DNA from: a candidate division Kazan bacterium
GTDB lineage: Bacteria > Patescibacteriota > Kazan-3B-28
Reading direction: 5' to 3'
Assembly: GCA_003647645.1 (NCBI GenBank)
Contig: QMNG01000002.1
Location: 65,151-129,150 of the forward strand
DNA: 64,000 nt
Numbering within the stretch: position 1 is the stretch's first letter; each line of letters begins with the position of its first letter. The notes below the pieces were generated by a model. The model was not told the DNA's origin. It did no database searches and saw nothing but the letters and a program-made list of their open reading frames with translations. This document shows, one piece after another, positions 34,263 to 43,421 of this stretch. A program made the translations under genes and the position numbers.

Positions 34263-36024
34263 CCCAAAAATCATTCTGGCTGTCATTGGTCTACTGATTG
34301 TAGCTGGCTTGGCTGGATGGCAACTTTATCCTCGGTCTGTGATTATGGCCGAAGATAGAGCGCTGGTTAAACAGACCAACGAGCATACTTATGAGTTATT
34401 GGTCAAATTTGAAAAGCCAATTTATCACTCAATCATTAAGTCATCAGTTCGAGCTGAAATATATTTATTGGAAGACGGCCAGCCGGTTAGCGAAATACCG
34501 GAAGAGTTCGGCAGTGATCTGTCACCGGTTCATCTTAACATTACTCCCATAGAATCTAGTGCTATTAATCGTGAAGCTAATTCAAATGATTGGAAGATGA
34601 TGACATATTTGCGCTCACCCCAGGCCCAATCCGAATGGAAGTTCGATTATCTTAACGGTACCGACACTCTGTCGGGAACGCTGGGATTGGCGGCCAAATA
34701 TACGCCAGTGTATAACGTTTACCGCCGGGAATTTACTAATGGCTACGCTGAGTTTGAATATATTTATGGGAACGCAATGAATGTTCCTGATGTTCTGTTC
34801 GAAATCGAAGCTGTATTTTTGGGAGGCTTCGGTAAAATTGAGCGGATTATCCGCTTTGACCCCCCTCCCCTCCCTAATGAACTTGTTGATGCCAAAGTAA
34901 TTTCTGCGGGAGATTTTTACTATGATGTTGAGATTATTCCAACATGGCAAAACACCACATACAATCTGTATTACACCTTTACTGAACTAGAAAAGAGCAA
35001 AATGTGGTTTGAAAAAAAGAATTTGGATGAATACTATGATCAGCTTGTTAGAAACATTCCCGAACGTGTTCTGAAAATTAAAATTATATCCCGCGACAAA
35101 GCTACCGGCGAGATAAATACCAATCCTTATCAACGCGTTAAAGTTGAAATGGTTCCGTTGTTCTATGTTGATGCCGAAGATGATACTCATTTTGAATTTC
35201 CCGGCCGGCTAGTTGGGCAGTATAGCCGGAGTGTAACGGCAATGCCCGACTATGCAGCCGATTTAGGATTTACCGGGCTGATCGAAACTATGCAAGATGT
35301 CTACTTGTCTGGGATTCTTAACTCTCGCGGCGAGTCCGTCAGGGTTTTCGCCAATGGCAAGCCCGTCGTCGGCTATGACCCAGTCCACTGGTTTGCCTAC
35401 CATTCAATTCCCTCAGGCAAACATACTGATCCATTCCGCCGAGTGCAGCTGGATGTTGATCTTGTAGACGGGGTCGGAGAGGTTGTGTTTAATCCCAATC
35501 TTCAGTATGCCGATGCCAACGTTATTACCCAGCGGGTTATCGAAGACGGGGGTAGCGAAGATATGGCTCAAAAAATTATTCGTAACGCCGGCATTAACGA
35601 AGCTGTTAAGAATAAAAGTATGCCACAAGTAATCATTACAATCAGACCCGAAAACTATAATCTTCGGGGATATTCAAAGTGTGGCCACCGTTTAACCAGC
35701 AACACCCTGAAATCTATTCCAACGGGGAGTTATCGTGAACAAGCAGAAATTTGTCTGCCGGATAAAGCTGCGTCGCAGCGAGACAGTGAATTTTTGTATC
35801 AAAAGTGGATGGACGATGAAAGTATCAAAGAGCGCGTCTACACGGCGGTGGCTTTGTCGCCCGATGATCTATTGCGCTCCGATGTACCCATAGAGCCGCT
35901 GGCACCAAAACAAGTAATTTCATGGATACTAATATTGGCCGTTTTGTCACAAGTCATTCAGGTGATCGGAGGCAGCGTTATATTAATTGTTCAAAGGCGC
36001 AAACAGAAACGCAACAAATTATGA
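34246..36024 (+). CDS. Bitopic surface-module protein, paralog 4
   Basis: 592 aa. YELLVKFEKPIYHSIIKSSVRAEIYLL, SPQAQ, NGYAEFEYIYG, FYYDVEI, GEINTNPYQRVKV, DVDLVDGVGEVVF, WMDDES. N- and C-terminal TM helices. 17-nt overlap upstream. Confidence 0.8.
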   Translation: MKKKNNPKIILAVIGLLIVAGLAGWQLYPRSVIMAEDRALVKQTNEHTYELLVKFEKPIYHSIIKSSVRAEIYLLEDGQPVSEIPEEFGSDLSPVHLNITPIESSAINREANSNDWKMMTYLRSPQAQSEWKFDYLNGTDTLSGTLGLAAKYTPVYNVYRREFTNGYAEFEYIYGNAMNVPDVLFEIEAVFLGGFGKIERIIRFDPPPLPNELVDAKVISAGDFYYDVEIIPTWQNTTYNLYYTFTELEKSKMWFEKKNLDEYYDQLVRNIPERVLKIKIISRDKATGEINTNPYQRVKVEMVPLFYVDAEDDTHFEFPGRLVGQYSRSVTAMPDYAADLGFTGLIETMQDVYLSGILNSRGESVRVFANGKPVVGYDPVHWFAYHSIPSGKHTDPFRRVQLDVDLVDGVGEVVFNPNLQYADANVITQRVIEDGGSEDMAQKIIRNAGINEAVKNKSMPQVIITIRPENYNLRGYSKCGHRLTSNTLKSIPTGSYREQAEICLPDKAASQRDSEFLYQKWMDDESIKERVYTAVALSPDDLLRSDVPIEPLAPKQVISWILILAVLSQVIQVIGGSVILIVQRRKQKRNKL

Positions 36025-37559
36025 AAAAAAATATGAACAACAAAATGATCTACATAGCAGCCAGCTTTATGGTTATGCTGTTGCTGATGGGCGGAGGTGT
36101 GCCAAGTATAGCTCAAGGACTTTTGGCATCTTCGGGCCCCTCTGCGGCGGCCTATTCACTTAGGGTGGCATTTGACGAACCGTCCATTAGTCCTCTTCCG
36201 GGATCAATTATTTCCGGTCGAGTGGTCCTGTTGCAAAATGGAGAGCCGTCCAAGTCAATTCCGGCGGACCTATGGCCGGACAATGTCCGGGAACAGTTCA
36301 CGCCGCAACTTGATATTAAAGTTGGAGGTGTGCGTAATGTTTATTATTATCGGGGCGAGTATGAATATGGACGAGAATCTTCCCAGCACCGGCTGGCGGT
36401 CAGCGAGTCTGCTCTGCTCAAGACCCAGATATTTTCCCCTCAGGCTACTAACCAGTGGGACTACCCGATTAATGGGGACAAATTTTTAGCCACGTTGGAT
36501 TTCTCGTCTGGCGATGCTCAGTTTAGCTATGTCTACGGCGGCGGGGCGGTTGGTAATAAGCTTACATTTGATTTTACTGCTCGCTTCTTTGATACAAATG
36601 TTTTAGCGTCAGAAGTTTTGCCATTTGGCAGCGGTATAGACGACATCATCCGATCTCAAGATTTAAATCGGCAGGTTAAAGGTAATTTTTATTATGACGT
36701 GAGTTTTGATACAATTTCAGTCAACAAAGACAGGCAGCGGCATGTAAAAATTACCATCACGGCTAAAGAAACACACAACAATCAGATCTATGATAATCCC
36801 TATCAGCGTGTGCGCGTGGTACTGCGGCCTATTCGGGTTGAATATGATCCCAATGCCAGAGATTTCATTGCCAAAACTACATTCTATTACCCCGGGCAGT
36901 TCCGCGGCACGAAACTTTTTGTAAATGAGAAAGCTAATTGGGCCAAGACGGCCGTTTACCATTCATCCTATAAGCTGCGTGATTATCCGCAAAATGTCAG
37001 ATCCGAGCCCTATGAAAATAATTTCAATGCAGTTGAGCTTGACTTAGTCAACGGCAAAGGCGAGGTTTGGTTTACCTACGAGGGTCAGCAGGGGTTTGTT
37101 CCCTATGTCTCTTTTCGAGTTTCCCCAACTGATTACACTCGAGGTAATCGTCAATATGCGTCAAACAGTACGTCGTACAGGACCAAATTAGAGATTCCCC
37201 GTCGGCCGCCGGACTTTGTGATGTTGTACGGCACATGGATGAAAGATGATTCGTTGGCTGAGAGAGTTTTTACGATTGCTTCCCTGCCGATTGCCAATCC
37301 AGCCGCTAATTACGTTCCTCCGTCATTGGGCAGTCCAGTTGAGGTAATTCTGGAGGACATTGAGAATAATTCACTGAAGCAAAATTACGATGCTGTCCAG
37401 CCGCAGACCCCGACTACCGATGGGGATGAATTGCCGCTTGCCAAACACAATCGGCAGGCAATCTGGTGGCTCATTGGTTTTCACATCAGTGTGGTCTTAC
37501 TTGGCGGAGCATTAATCTTTATACTAAAAAGGAAAAGAAAGAGTTATGGAAAAAACTAG
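36021..37559 (+). CDS. Bitopic surface-module protein, paralog 5
   Basis: Start placed at the ATG at 36021 (ATGA overlap with the paralog 4 stop; MKKNMNNKMIYIAASFMVMLLL signal/anchor). YSLRVAFDEPSISPLPGSIISGRVVLL, FSPQA, SGDAQFSYVYGG, FYYDVSF, DNPYQRVRV, ELDLVNGKGEVWFTY, WMKDDS, FTIASLPI. C-terminal TM + KRKRK. Confidence 0.78.
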   Translation: MKKNMNNKMIYIAASFMVMLLLMGGGVPSIAQGLLASSGPSAAAYSLRVAFDEPSISPLPGSIISGRVVLLQNGEPSKSIPADLWPDNVREQFTPQLDIKVGGVRNVYYYRGEYEYGRESSQHRLAVSESALLKTQIFSPQATNQWDYPINGDKFLATLDFSSGDAQFSYVYGGGAVGNKLTFDFTARFFDTNVLASEVLPFGSGIDDIIRSQDLNRQVKGNFYYDVSFDTISVNKDRQRHVKITITAKETHNNQIYDNPYQRVRVVLRPIRVEYDPNARDFIAKTTFYYPGQFRGTKLFVNEKANWAKTAVYHSSYKLRDYPQNVRSEPYENNFNAVELDLVNGKGEVWFTYEGQQGFVPYVSFRVSPTDYTRGNRQYASNSTSYRTKLEIPRRPPDFVMLYGTWMKDDSLAERVFTIASLPIANPAANYVPPSLGSPVEVILEDIENNSLKQNYDAVQPQTPTTDGDELPLAKHNRQAIWWLIGFHISVVLLGGALIFILKRKRKSYGKN

Positions 37560-37866
37560 CTCACACTCAATCACTTTCAGGATACTACTGTCTATTATTT
37601 GCGGCTTTGTTGTTTTGTTGGTCGTTATTTGGTTCTTTAAAGAAGATATTGATCTAGCAGTTGTTCCCGAATCTATGGCCAGTTCTGAATTAAATATCTC
37701 ATCTGTGGCCCCGGACAAAACTGATACAGACGACCTTTTGCCGTCGCAGGAATATGCCCAAAGTTTGTTGAGTGATCCCAGCAATTTTGACACCAAAAAA
37801 TTTGAGCAGATGCTGCCGGCTCAGTCGTTGATGCACAGCCAAGATATGTTTTTGATGGGCTTTTAG
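37546..37866 (+). CDS. Small single-pass membrane protein, last gene of the operon
   Basis: 106 aa with one TM helix (ILLSIICGFVVLLVVIWFF). 14-nt overlap with paralog 5. Could be a remnant N-terminal anchor of a further module. Confidence 0.5.
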   Translation: MEKTSSHSITFRILLSIICGFVVLLVVIWFFKEDIDLAVVPESMASSELNISSVAPDKTDTDDLLPSQEYAQSLLSDPSNFDTKKFEQMLPAQSLMHSQDMFLMGF

Positions 37867-37884
37867 TGAATGTCCAGCCCTCGG

Positions 37885-38577
37885 CTATTTCTTTTTAGAC
37901 TTAGCCGCCGGCCCAGTCGCCGACTTAGAGAGTCTCTGGACTCGGAGAGAGGGTCTCTTGGCCCGGAGGGTAATATTGGCCTCGCGGATGTAGATGGGCA
38001 GAACTTGTTTAAAAGTTTTCGGTAACTTGGCGTTATCCAGCATGGCCTCCATTTTGTCGGTTCGGCTAAGGTTAGGGATAAAAATCGTTCCGGCCTTTTT
38101 TAATTGCTCGTGGATTTTGGGAATGAGTTCCACATCATCTACATACACTCTGTCCCCCGCCTTAATTTGCCTGTTCAGATTATTGGTTGCGATTAACCGT
38201 GGTTTGTTTTTGTTTTTTTGGATGAAAAGTTCATTGCGTTTAGCATCGAGAATGATCAGATCAATTTTAGGATAGAATTTTTTGATAATATCAAATTCGT
38301 TCACACCCAGCACCGGAATACGCAACCCAAAACCAAAGCCGTTGGCAACTGTTATGCCAACTCTTAAGCCCGTGAACGAGCCCGGCCCCAAATTAACCAC
38401 TACTCCCTTAATTTCTTCTTTGGTTATCTTCACAGATCTTAAGAGTTTCGCAATCTGTGGCAAAAGTTCCTCGGATTGGTTGCGCCTGGATTCCCAAGTA
38501 ATAACCTCTCTGTTAATTCCAATAGCGGTTTCTGGTCTGCTGGTGTCGATTCCCAAAATATTTTTAGCTACAGCCAC
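37885..38577 (-). CDS. tsaB: tRNA t6A37 biosynthesis protein TsaB (YeaZ-like) with basic C-terminal tail
   Basis: ILGIDTSRPETAIGI and GPGSFTGLRVG motifs. The ORF is open to 38649, but the family N-terminus (xILGIDTS) and the tsaE stop at 38564 favour the GTG at 38577. The start is uncertain. Confidence 0.75.
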   Translation of the reverse strand: MAVAKNILGIDTSRPETAIGINREVITWESRRNQSEELLPQIAKLLRSVKITKEEIKGVVVNLGPGSFTGLRVGITVANGFGFGLRIPVLGVNEFDIIKKFYPKIDLIILDAKRNELFIQKNKNKPRLIATNNLNRQIKAGDRVYVDDVELIPKIHEQLKKAGTIFIPNLSRTDKMEAMLDNAKLPKTFKQVLPIYIREANITLRAKRPSLRVQRLSKSATGPAAKSKKK

Positions 38578-39031
38578 AACTTTTTGTATTCTTGAAGATA
38601 TATTTTTTCGTTTCCGGAAATTTAAACATAAATCCCCGCGATTTTTCACTTTGGTATTTTATCTCTACCCAAATCGTATCATCCGGCAGATATTTTTTTA
38701 TCTTTTCCGGCCATTCAATTGCTGTAACCACATCGCCTAATACATCCAAAAGACCAATACCGCGGATGTTGCTTCCGGTGCGGTACAAATCAAAGTGATG
38801 AAAATTAAACTTCCGTTTAGGTACTTCATAAATTCGCTCCAGCACAAAAGTTGGGCTAGTGATATTGTCCTTTATTCCCAAACCCTTGGCTAAACCTTGG
38901 GTGAAGCTTGTCTTTCCACTACCAAGCCCGCCCATAAGCGCGAATGTTTCATTGCCCTTTAGATTTTTCCCGATCAATTCACCAAGTTTGTGCGTTCCTG
39001 ACAAATTTGTGGTAATAGTTTGAATTTTCAT
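38564..39031 (-). CDS. tsaE: tRNA t6A37 biosynthesis ATPase TsaE (YjeE-like)
   Basis: 155 aa. P-loop LMGGLGSGKTSFTQGLAKGLG, SPTFVL and HFDLYR motifs. Confidence 0.88.
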   Translation of the reverse strand: MKIQTITTNLSGTHKLGELIGKNLKGNETFALMGGLGSGKTSFTQGLAKGLGIKDNITSPTFVLERIYEVPKRKFNFHHFDLYRTGSNIRGIGLLDVLGDVVTAIEWPEKIKKYLPDDTIWVEIKYQSEKSRGFMFKFPETKKYIFKNTKSCGCS

Positions 39032-40976
39032 AAATCTTCTTGTTTCTCCATACCCAGAATACTATAGCGGCCTTAGCAAAACTAACCAATAATATACCCC
39101 ACCAAGCGCGATTATGTAATCCGCTGGGCGGCAGCTCAAATAGAATTGGGGCTGCCGCGATAGGTTCATCTTCTTCCTCTAATACAACTATGTTCGGTGC
39201 TCCCGGCGTCGGTGGGTTAGCCCACGTCCACCCACCGTCATCCATCAACACATAAGCAGCACCTTTTGGCGCCTTGTCGGGATAATTAACAAAGTCAATT
39301 TCATTGCCAGAAGGGTCCAATAGCATCAGCGATTCTCCGCCGCTGTTATTGAGATGAATATCAGAAACACTTTGGACAATAATTACATACTGATCGGGCC
39401 TAATAATAGAATTGTTTACAGATTGAATGGCGAGTTGAAAATCATTGATAGTGTAAATTTTTCCACTGGCGTCTTTCAGTTGCCACTGCGACAGATTAAT
39501 ATCTTTGCCAGCCAAATTGTGCAATTCAATAAATTCGTCGCCTTCGGATGGATTGGGTAGAAGTTCGCAAATAACAATATCTCCGGCTTCAAATTGGATT
39601 GTATTGAGTTTTTCATTGGTGATTTTGTCCTTTTCATCCAATTTAAGCTTGGGTTCTGGTTCATCTTCAGGCTCGGGCTCGGCTGGCTGGGTTTCTGTCA
39701 GCACATTCGAACCATTGGGGGTCGGTGTTTTGGTCCACAGCCAGCCCTCCGGGAAGCGGGCCAAGGTCATTCCCTGCTGAGCCTTATCATAATTTAGCTC
39801 ATCCAAGATAAAGTCATTGGGCTGAATTAGATGGACCGAATCGCCGCTGTCATTGAGAGTAATTTTGCTGTCAGGTTTATAAATTATGAGGAAACTTTTA
39901 GCACCGATGGTTTTATTTTCAAAAATATAGGGGTTTGAACCTCCGTTTACAATGTCATCAAGCTGCCAGCCGGACAGGTTGATAGTTTTATCTCCAAAGT
40001 TATATAGTTCAATGTATTCGTCGTTGCTGGTGGTATTCGGTTGCGGATAAATTTCATTAATTCGAACAGTTGTGGTTAGATCATACTCCGGCGGCGGCTC
40101 TAGGATTGTAATTGCAGAGGGCAGAACGGCTATTTTCCCATCAGGATTGGTAAGTTGAATGTCCCATTCGCCGGTTTGGGCTCCAGCAATGTCAAATTTT
40201 ACATAATCGATTAACGAATCCGATACCACATTTACCTCGACGCCGACGCGGGTGGCAGAATCTCTAATTAATTTTATCTCGGGTACAGGATCAATGCTGA
40301 AATTTGTGCCGACTATTTCTTCAACCTCAAATATTTCGCCGGCCTCGATTTCATTGGGAACAACAGATGCGATTGTGGGCGGGTAAGTCAGTTCAGAATT
40401 ATTAGCTGCCGGTGTAGCTAAATCCAAAATACCTTCATCAAGGTTAACGGCTGCCACGGCGTCGTGCCAAGAAACAAAATCAGCATCTCGCTCCATCGAA
40501 GTTTTTAGCGCATTGTCTCCCGCTGGTGGAGTTTTACCGTCACCGGCAACATCAACCAAGTTGTTGGGGTTGGAAAAATCGCCGGAATACAGCTTAATTT
40601 CAAGCGAAGTATTGGATAAAGTGATTGAACTGTTTACTAGATCTGGTTCAATCGCTAAAACAGAATTTTCAGCACCAAAATTGGCTATTACAAAATATCC
40701 CCCTGCCTCAAGGCTGGTAGCATCAGGAATAGTAACCATTAATTTTTCTTCGCCTGTGTTTTTGGTGATTTCCCAATTGCCAATATCGACAGCTTCAGCC
40801 GTTGGATTATACAACTCTATCCATTCGTCTTGAGTGCTCATGGAGCTGCCTGCCCATGCCAGCTCATTGATGATGACATTAGGAGTGTTTTGGGCAGAAG
40901 TTCTTGTAACCAGCCAAGGTGACACAAGCAAAGCACCTATCGCAAGGCCAGCAACAAATTTCACAGCTCTTTTCAT
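38979..40976 (-). CDS. Secreted protein with three lamin-tail (LTD) domains and a C-terminal LPPSG + TM + basic tail
   Basis: Signal peptide. Three LTD signatures (VIINELAWAGSS..DEWIELYNPT, VRINEIYPQP..DEYIELYNFG, IVICELLPNP..DEFIELHNLA). C-terminus FELPPSGLHNRAWWGILLVSFAKAAIVFWVWRNKK. The 3' end overlaps the tsaE start by 53 nt. Confidence 0.82.
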   Translation of the reverse strand: MKRAVKFVAGLAIGALLVSPWLVTRTSAQNTPNVIINELAWAGSSMSTQDEWIELYNPTAEAVDIGNWEITKNTGEEKLMVTIPDATSLEAGGYFVIANFGAENSVLAIEPDLVNSSITLSNTSLEIKLYSGDFSNPNNLVDVAGDGKTPPAGDNALKTSMERDADFVSWHDAVAAVNLDEGILDLATPAANNSELTYPPTIASVVPNEIEAGEIFEVEEIVGTNFSIDPVPEIKLIRDSATRVGVEVNVVSDSLIDYVKFDIAGAQTGEWDIQLTNPDGKIAVLPSAITILEPPPEYDLTTTVRINEIYPQPNTTSNDEYIELYNFGDKTINLSGWQLDDIVNGGSNPYIFENKTIGAKSFLIIYKPDSKITLNDSGDSVHLIQPNDFILDELNYDKAQQGMTLARFPEGWLWTKTPTPNGSNVLTETQPAEPEPEDEPEPKLKLDEKDKITNEKLNTIQFEAGDIVICELLPNPSEGDEFIELHNLAGKDINLSQWQLKDASGKIYTINDFQLAIQSVNNSIIRPDQYVIIVQSVSDIHLNNSGGESLMLLDPSGNEIDFVNYPDKAPKGAAYVLMDDGGWTWANPPTPGAPNIVVLEEEDEPIAAAPILFELPPSGLHNRAWWGILLVSFAKAAIVFWVWRNKKIYENSNYYHKFVRNAQTW

Positions 40977-41402
40977 CCCCCAATTACCTCTTAATTATTA
41001 TTTTTAGTGTATATGCTTTTGAAGCGTATACACAACAAAATATTGATTGTAACCGATAGTGGGCAATCCAAACAGACGTGGACAACAAAAAGTTGGCGTC
41101 TAATACGGAAGGATTAACGCTTGACTTGGGCTGATTTTTAAGATAAGCTAGGCGTGATTGGGCTCTTGGAATTACTCTATTTTTATCCCAATCAACCATA
41201 TAATTTTAAAGTTTTCAGGTTAATGGCCTTACTTTTGTCGTTGTTAATGGGACCTATTGTAGAATACTTTGATGTTTTAGAGCAGCCGCTTAATGTTATC
41301 GGTTTCTCGTTCTTCTTTTAGGATTTGCTGAATTAAACAAGCCAGAATTTGCCTTGTGACAGGGGTATAAGTGGCCGTTTTCCTGATATTTCAGGAGACA
41401 AT

Positions 41403-42950
41403 ATGTCAAATATCATAATCGGAGCTATAGCCATTATCGTTGGAGCTGGTTTGGGCTACGGACTTCGCATTTGGCTGACGCGACAAAAAATTGACAATGC
41501 TGAGAAGGAAGCCAATAAAATTTTAGCTAAAGCCAAAGAAAAACTGGCCGGGGCTGATGCACAAGGCAAGGAGCTGATTCTGAACGCCAAAGAAGCAGCC
41601 TCCAAAATTCGGGACCGTATAGACAAAGAAGAGAAGGAGCGCCGTCGCGAACTCAGTGATCTGGAAAAAAGGCTGATCACCAAGGATGAAAATCTGGACA
41701 AGAAGATGGAGGATCTGGAAAGGCAGAAAGAAGCCATTATCGCCAAAGATAAGGAGATATTGGAAGTCCGGGAGGAAATTCTAAAAATTCGTGACAACCA
41801 AAAGGCCAAGCTGGAGGAAATCGCCAAACTGACCGAAGCTAAGGCTAAAGAACAGCTGTTTGCCCGCCTTGAAAAAGAGTACAAGGAGGAGGCGTTGAAG
41901 ATGATCAAAGATATCGAGGCCGAGGCCAAAGAAACTGCTGATGACAAAGCCCGTGAGATTATTTCAGCATCAATTCAGCGCTATGCGGCCGAGGTAGCCA
42001 CTGAGGGCACCACTTTTTCCGTGGCGCTGCCTAGTGACGATATCAAAGGTCGGATTATAGGCAAGGAAGGACGCAACATTCAGGCATTCGAAAAAGCTTC
42101 GGGTGTAGATGTAATTATTGACGACACTCCCGATGTGGTTACTATTTCTTGTTTTGATCCCATCCGCCGGCACATCGCTAAGCGGGCGTTGGAGCGGCTG
42201 GTCAAAGACGGCCGGATCCAGCCGGCTCGCATTGAAGAGGTATTAGAAAAAGCTGAAGCCGAGATAAACCAAGAGATAAAAAAGGCTGGTGAAGCTGCCG
42301 TCATGGAACTTGGCTTGACCGGTTTGCATCCTGACTTGATCAAGATTATCGGCCGGCTGCAATTCAGGACCAGCTACGGACAAAATATTCTTAAACATTC
42401 GATTGAGACGGCCCATCTGGCTGCCTTGATGGCCCAGCAACTGGGGATGAAAGATATCCGTTTAGTGAAATTGACTGCGTTGATGCACGATATCGGAAAA
42501 GCGCTGGATCATGAGTATGAGGGTAGCCACATCGAATTGTCTCGCGATATCGCCAAGAAATACGGCCTGCCTGAGGAGCTCATTCATGCTCTGGAAATTT
42601 CGCATGAAGGTTTTGGCGGTCCCACTACGCAGCTAGACTTCATTACCATGGCGGCGGATGCCATTTCGGCCTCTCGTCCGGGTGCCCGCCGGGAATCAGC
42701 CGAAAACTTTGTTAAAAGGCTGGAAGATTTAGAGAAAATTGCCACCAGCTATGAGGGTGTGGCCAAAGCCTATGCCATTCAGGCTGGCCGTGAAATACGG
42801 ATTATGGTCCAACCGGACAAAATTGACGACTTAGCTGCCGCTAAAATGGCCCGCGAAGTTGCTCGGCAGATAGAAAAAGAGATGACCTATCCCGGTCAGG
42901 TAAAGGTTATGATTATCAGGGAAACTCGGGCCGAAGATGTTGCCAAATAG
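41403..42950 (+). CDS. rny: Ribonuclease Y
   Basis: N-terminal TM helix, long K/E coiled coil, KH motif GRIIGKEGRNIQAFE, HD motif LMHDIGKA. The ATG at 41403 with upstream AGGAG is preferred over 41349. Confidence 0.92.
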   Translation: MSNIIIGAIAIIVGAGLGYGLRIWLTRQKIDNAEKEANKILAKAKEKLAGADAQGKELILNAKEAASKIRDRIDKEEKERRRELSDLEKRLITKDENLDKKMEDLERQKEAIIAKDKEILEVREEILKIRDNQKAKLEEIAKLTEAKAKEQLFARLEKEYKEEALKMIKDIEAEAKETADDKAREIISASIQRYAAEVATEGTTFSVALPSDDIKGRIIGKEGRNIQAFEKASGVDVIIDDTPDVVTISCFDPIRRHIAKRALERLVKDGRIQPARIEEVLEKAEAEINQEIKKAGEAAVMELGLTGLHPDLIKIIGRLQFRTSYGQNILKHSIETAHLAALMAQQLGMKDIRLVKLTALMHDIGKALDHEYEGSHIELSRDIAKKYGLPEELIHALEISHEGFGGPTTQLDFITMAADAISASRPGARRESAENFVKRLEDLEKIATSYEGVAKAYAIQAGREIRIMVQPDKIDDLAAAKMAREVARQIEKEMTYPGQVKVMIIRETRAEDVAK

Positions 42951-42952
42951 GA

Positions 42953-42981
42953 TTGACGCCCATCTCTATTTTTAGTTTAAT
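42953..42981 (+). promoter_or_regulatory. Sigma-70-like promoter upstream of zinc-ribbon gene
   Basis: TTGACG (42953-42958), 17-nt spacer, TTTAAT (42976-42981). Confidence 0.4.
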
Positions 42982-43060
42982 AGTCAGGTACCCGTATTTC
43001 GGGTGTTGGCTGTCTTAGTGATAGCAGTTAATGTACCTTTAATCCAAGATGGGAGGAATT

Positions 43061-43294
43061 ATGCCGAGTGACTCGAAATATAATCCAAGGTTCCCGGACC
43101 CTCCGCCGAAGGCCCAGTGGCAGGAGTCGGGCAGTTTGTCAGAAACAGCGCCCAAACGATTTGTCTGCAGCAGATGTCGAGGTCCTTATTGGGGTGATAG
43201 GGCGCTTGAGTTTTGCCCCCGGTGTGGGGCAAAGATGATCAATGCTGCCCCGAGGAAAGATTATGCCAGAGGTGGCAAATCAAGCGCGGCCTAA
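43061..43294 (+). CDS. Small zinc-ribbon protein
   Basis: CSRC...18 aa...CPRC pattern. RBS GGGAGG 5 nt upstream of the ATG at 43061. Followed by a strong terminator. Confidence 0.6.
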   Translation: MPSDSKYNPRFPDPPPKAQWQESGSLSETAPKRFVCSRCRGPYWGDRALEFCPRCGAKMINAAPRKDYARGGKSSAA

Positions 43295-43322
43295 ATTCCC
43301 CGGACCATCTGTTCTTAAAATC

Positions 43323-43358
43323 GCCCCGTGCACCAGAGTGTGTACGGGGCATTTTTCT
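43323..43358 (+). terminator. Rho-independent terminator
   Basis: Stem GCCCCGT / ACGGGGC followed by ATTTTTCT. Confidence 0.75.
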
Positions 43359-43421
43359 GGCTTTCCAATCTTCTTTTGTCGCGTATGTTAAGATAAAAAC
43401 CAGACGGCTTTTTATAATCCT

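Noticed and set aside
35922-36020. A longer N-terminus (MDTNIGRF...) for paralog 5, as given in the ORF track.
   Set aside because: It lies entirely inside the 3' end of paralog 4 and lacks the family N-terminal anchor. The ATG at 36021 gives the expected Lys-rich start + TM helix and an ATGA stop/start overlap.
29100-37330. The conserved (A/T)SLPI motif of the paralogs as an LPXTG-like sortase signal.
   Set aside because: Only L-P-I is conserved. Its distance to the C-terminal helix varies from ~12 to ~70 residues and the following residues differ. It is more likely a structural strand of the last domain.
41456-41947. A 163-aa Ser/Leu-rich ORF antisense to rny.
   Set aside because: It is the mirror image of the Lys/Glu/Ala coiled-coil codons of RNase Y, a typical antisense shadow ORF.
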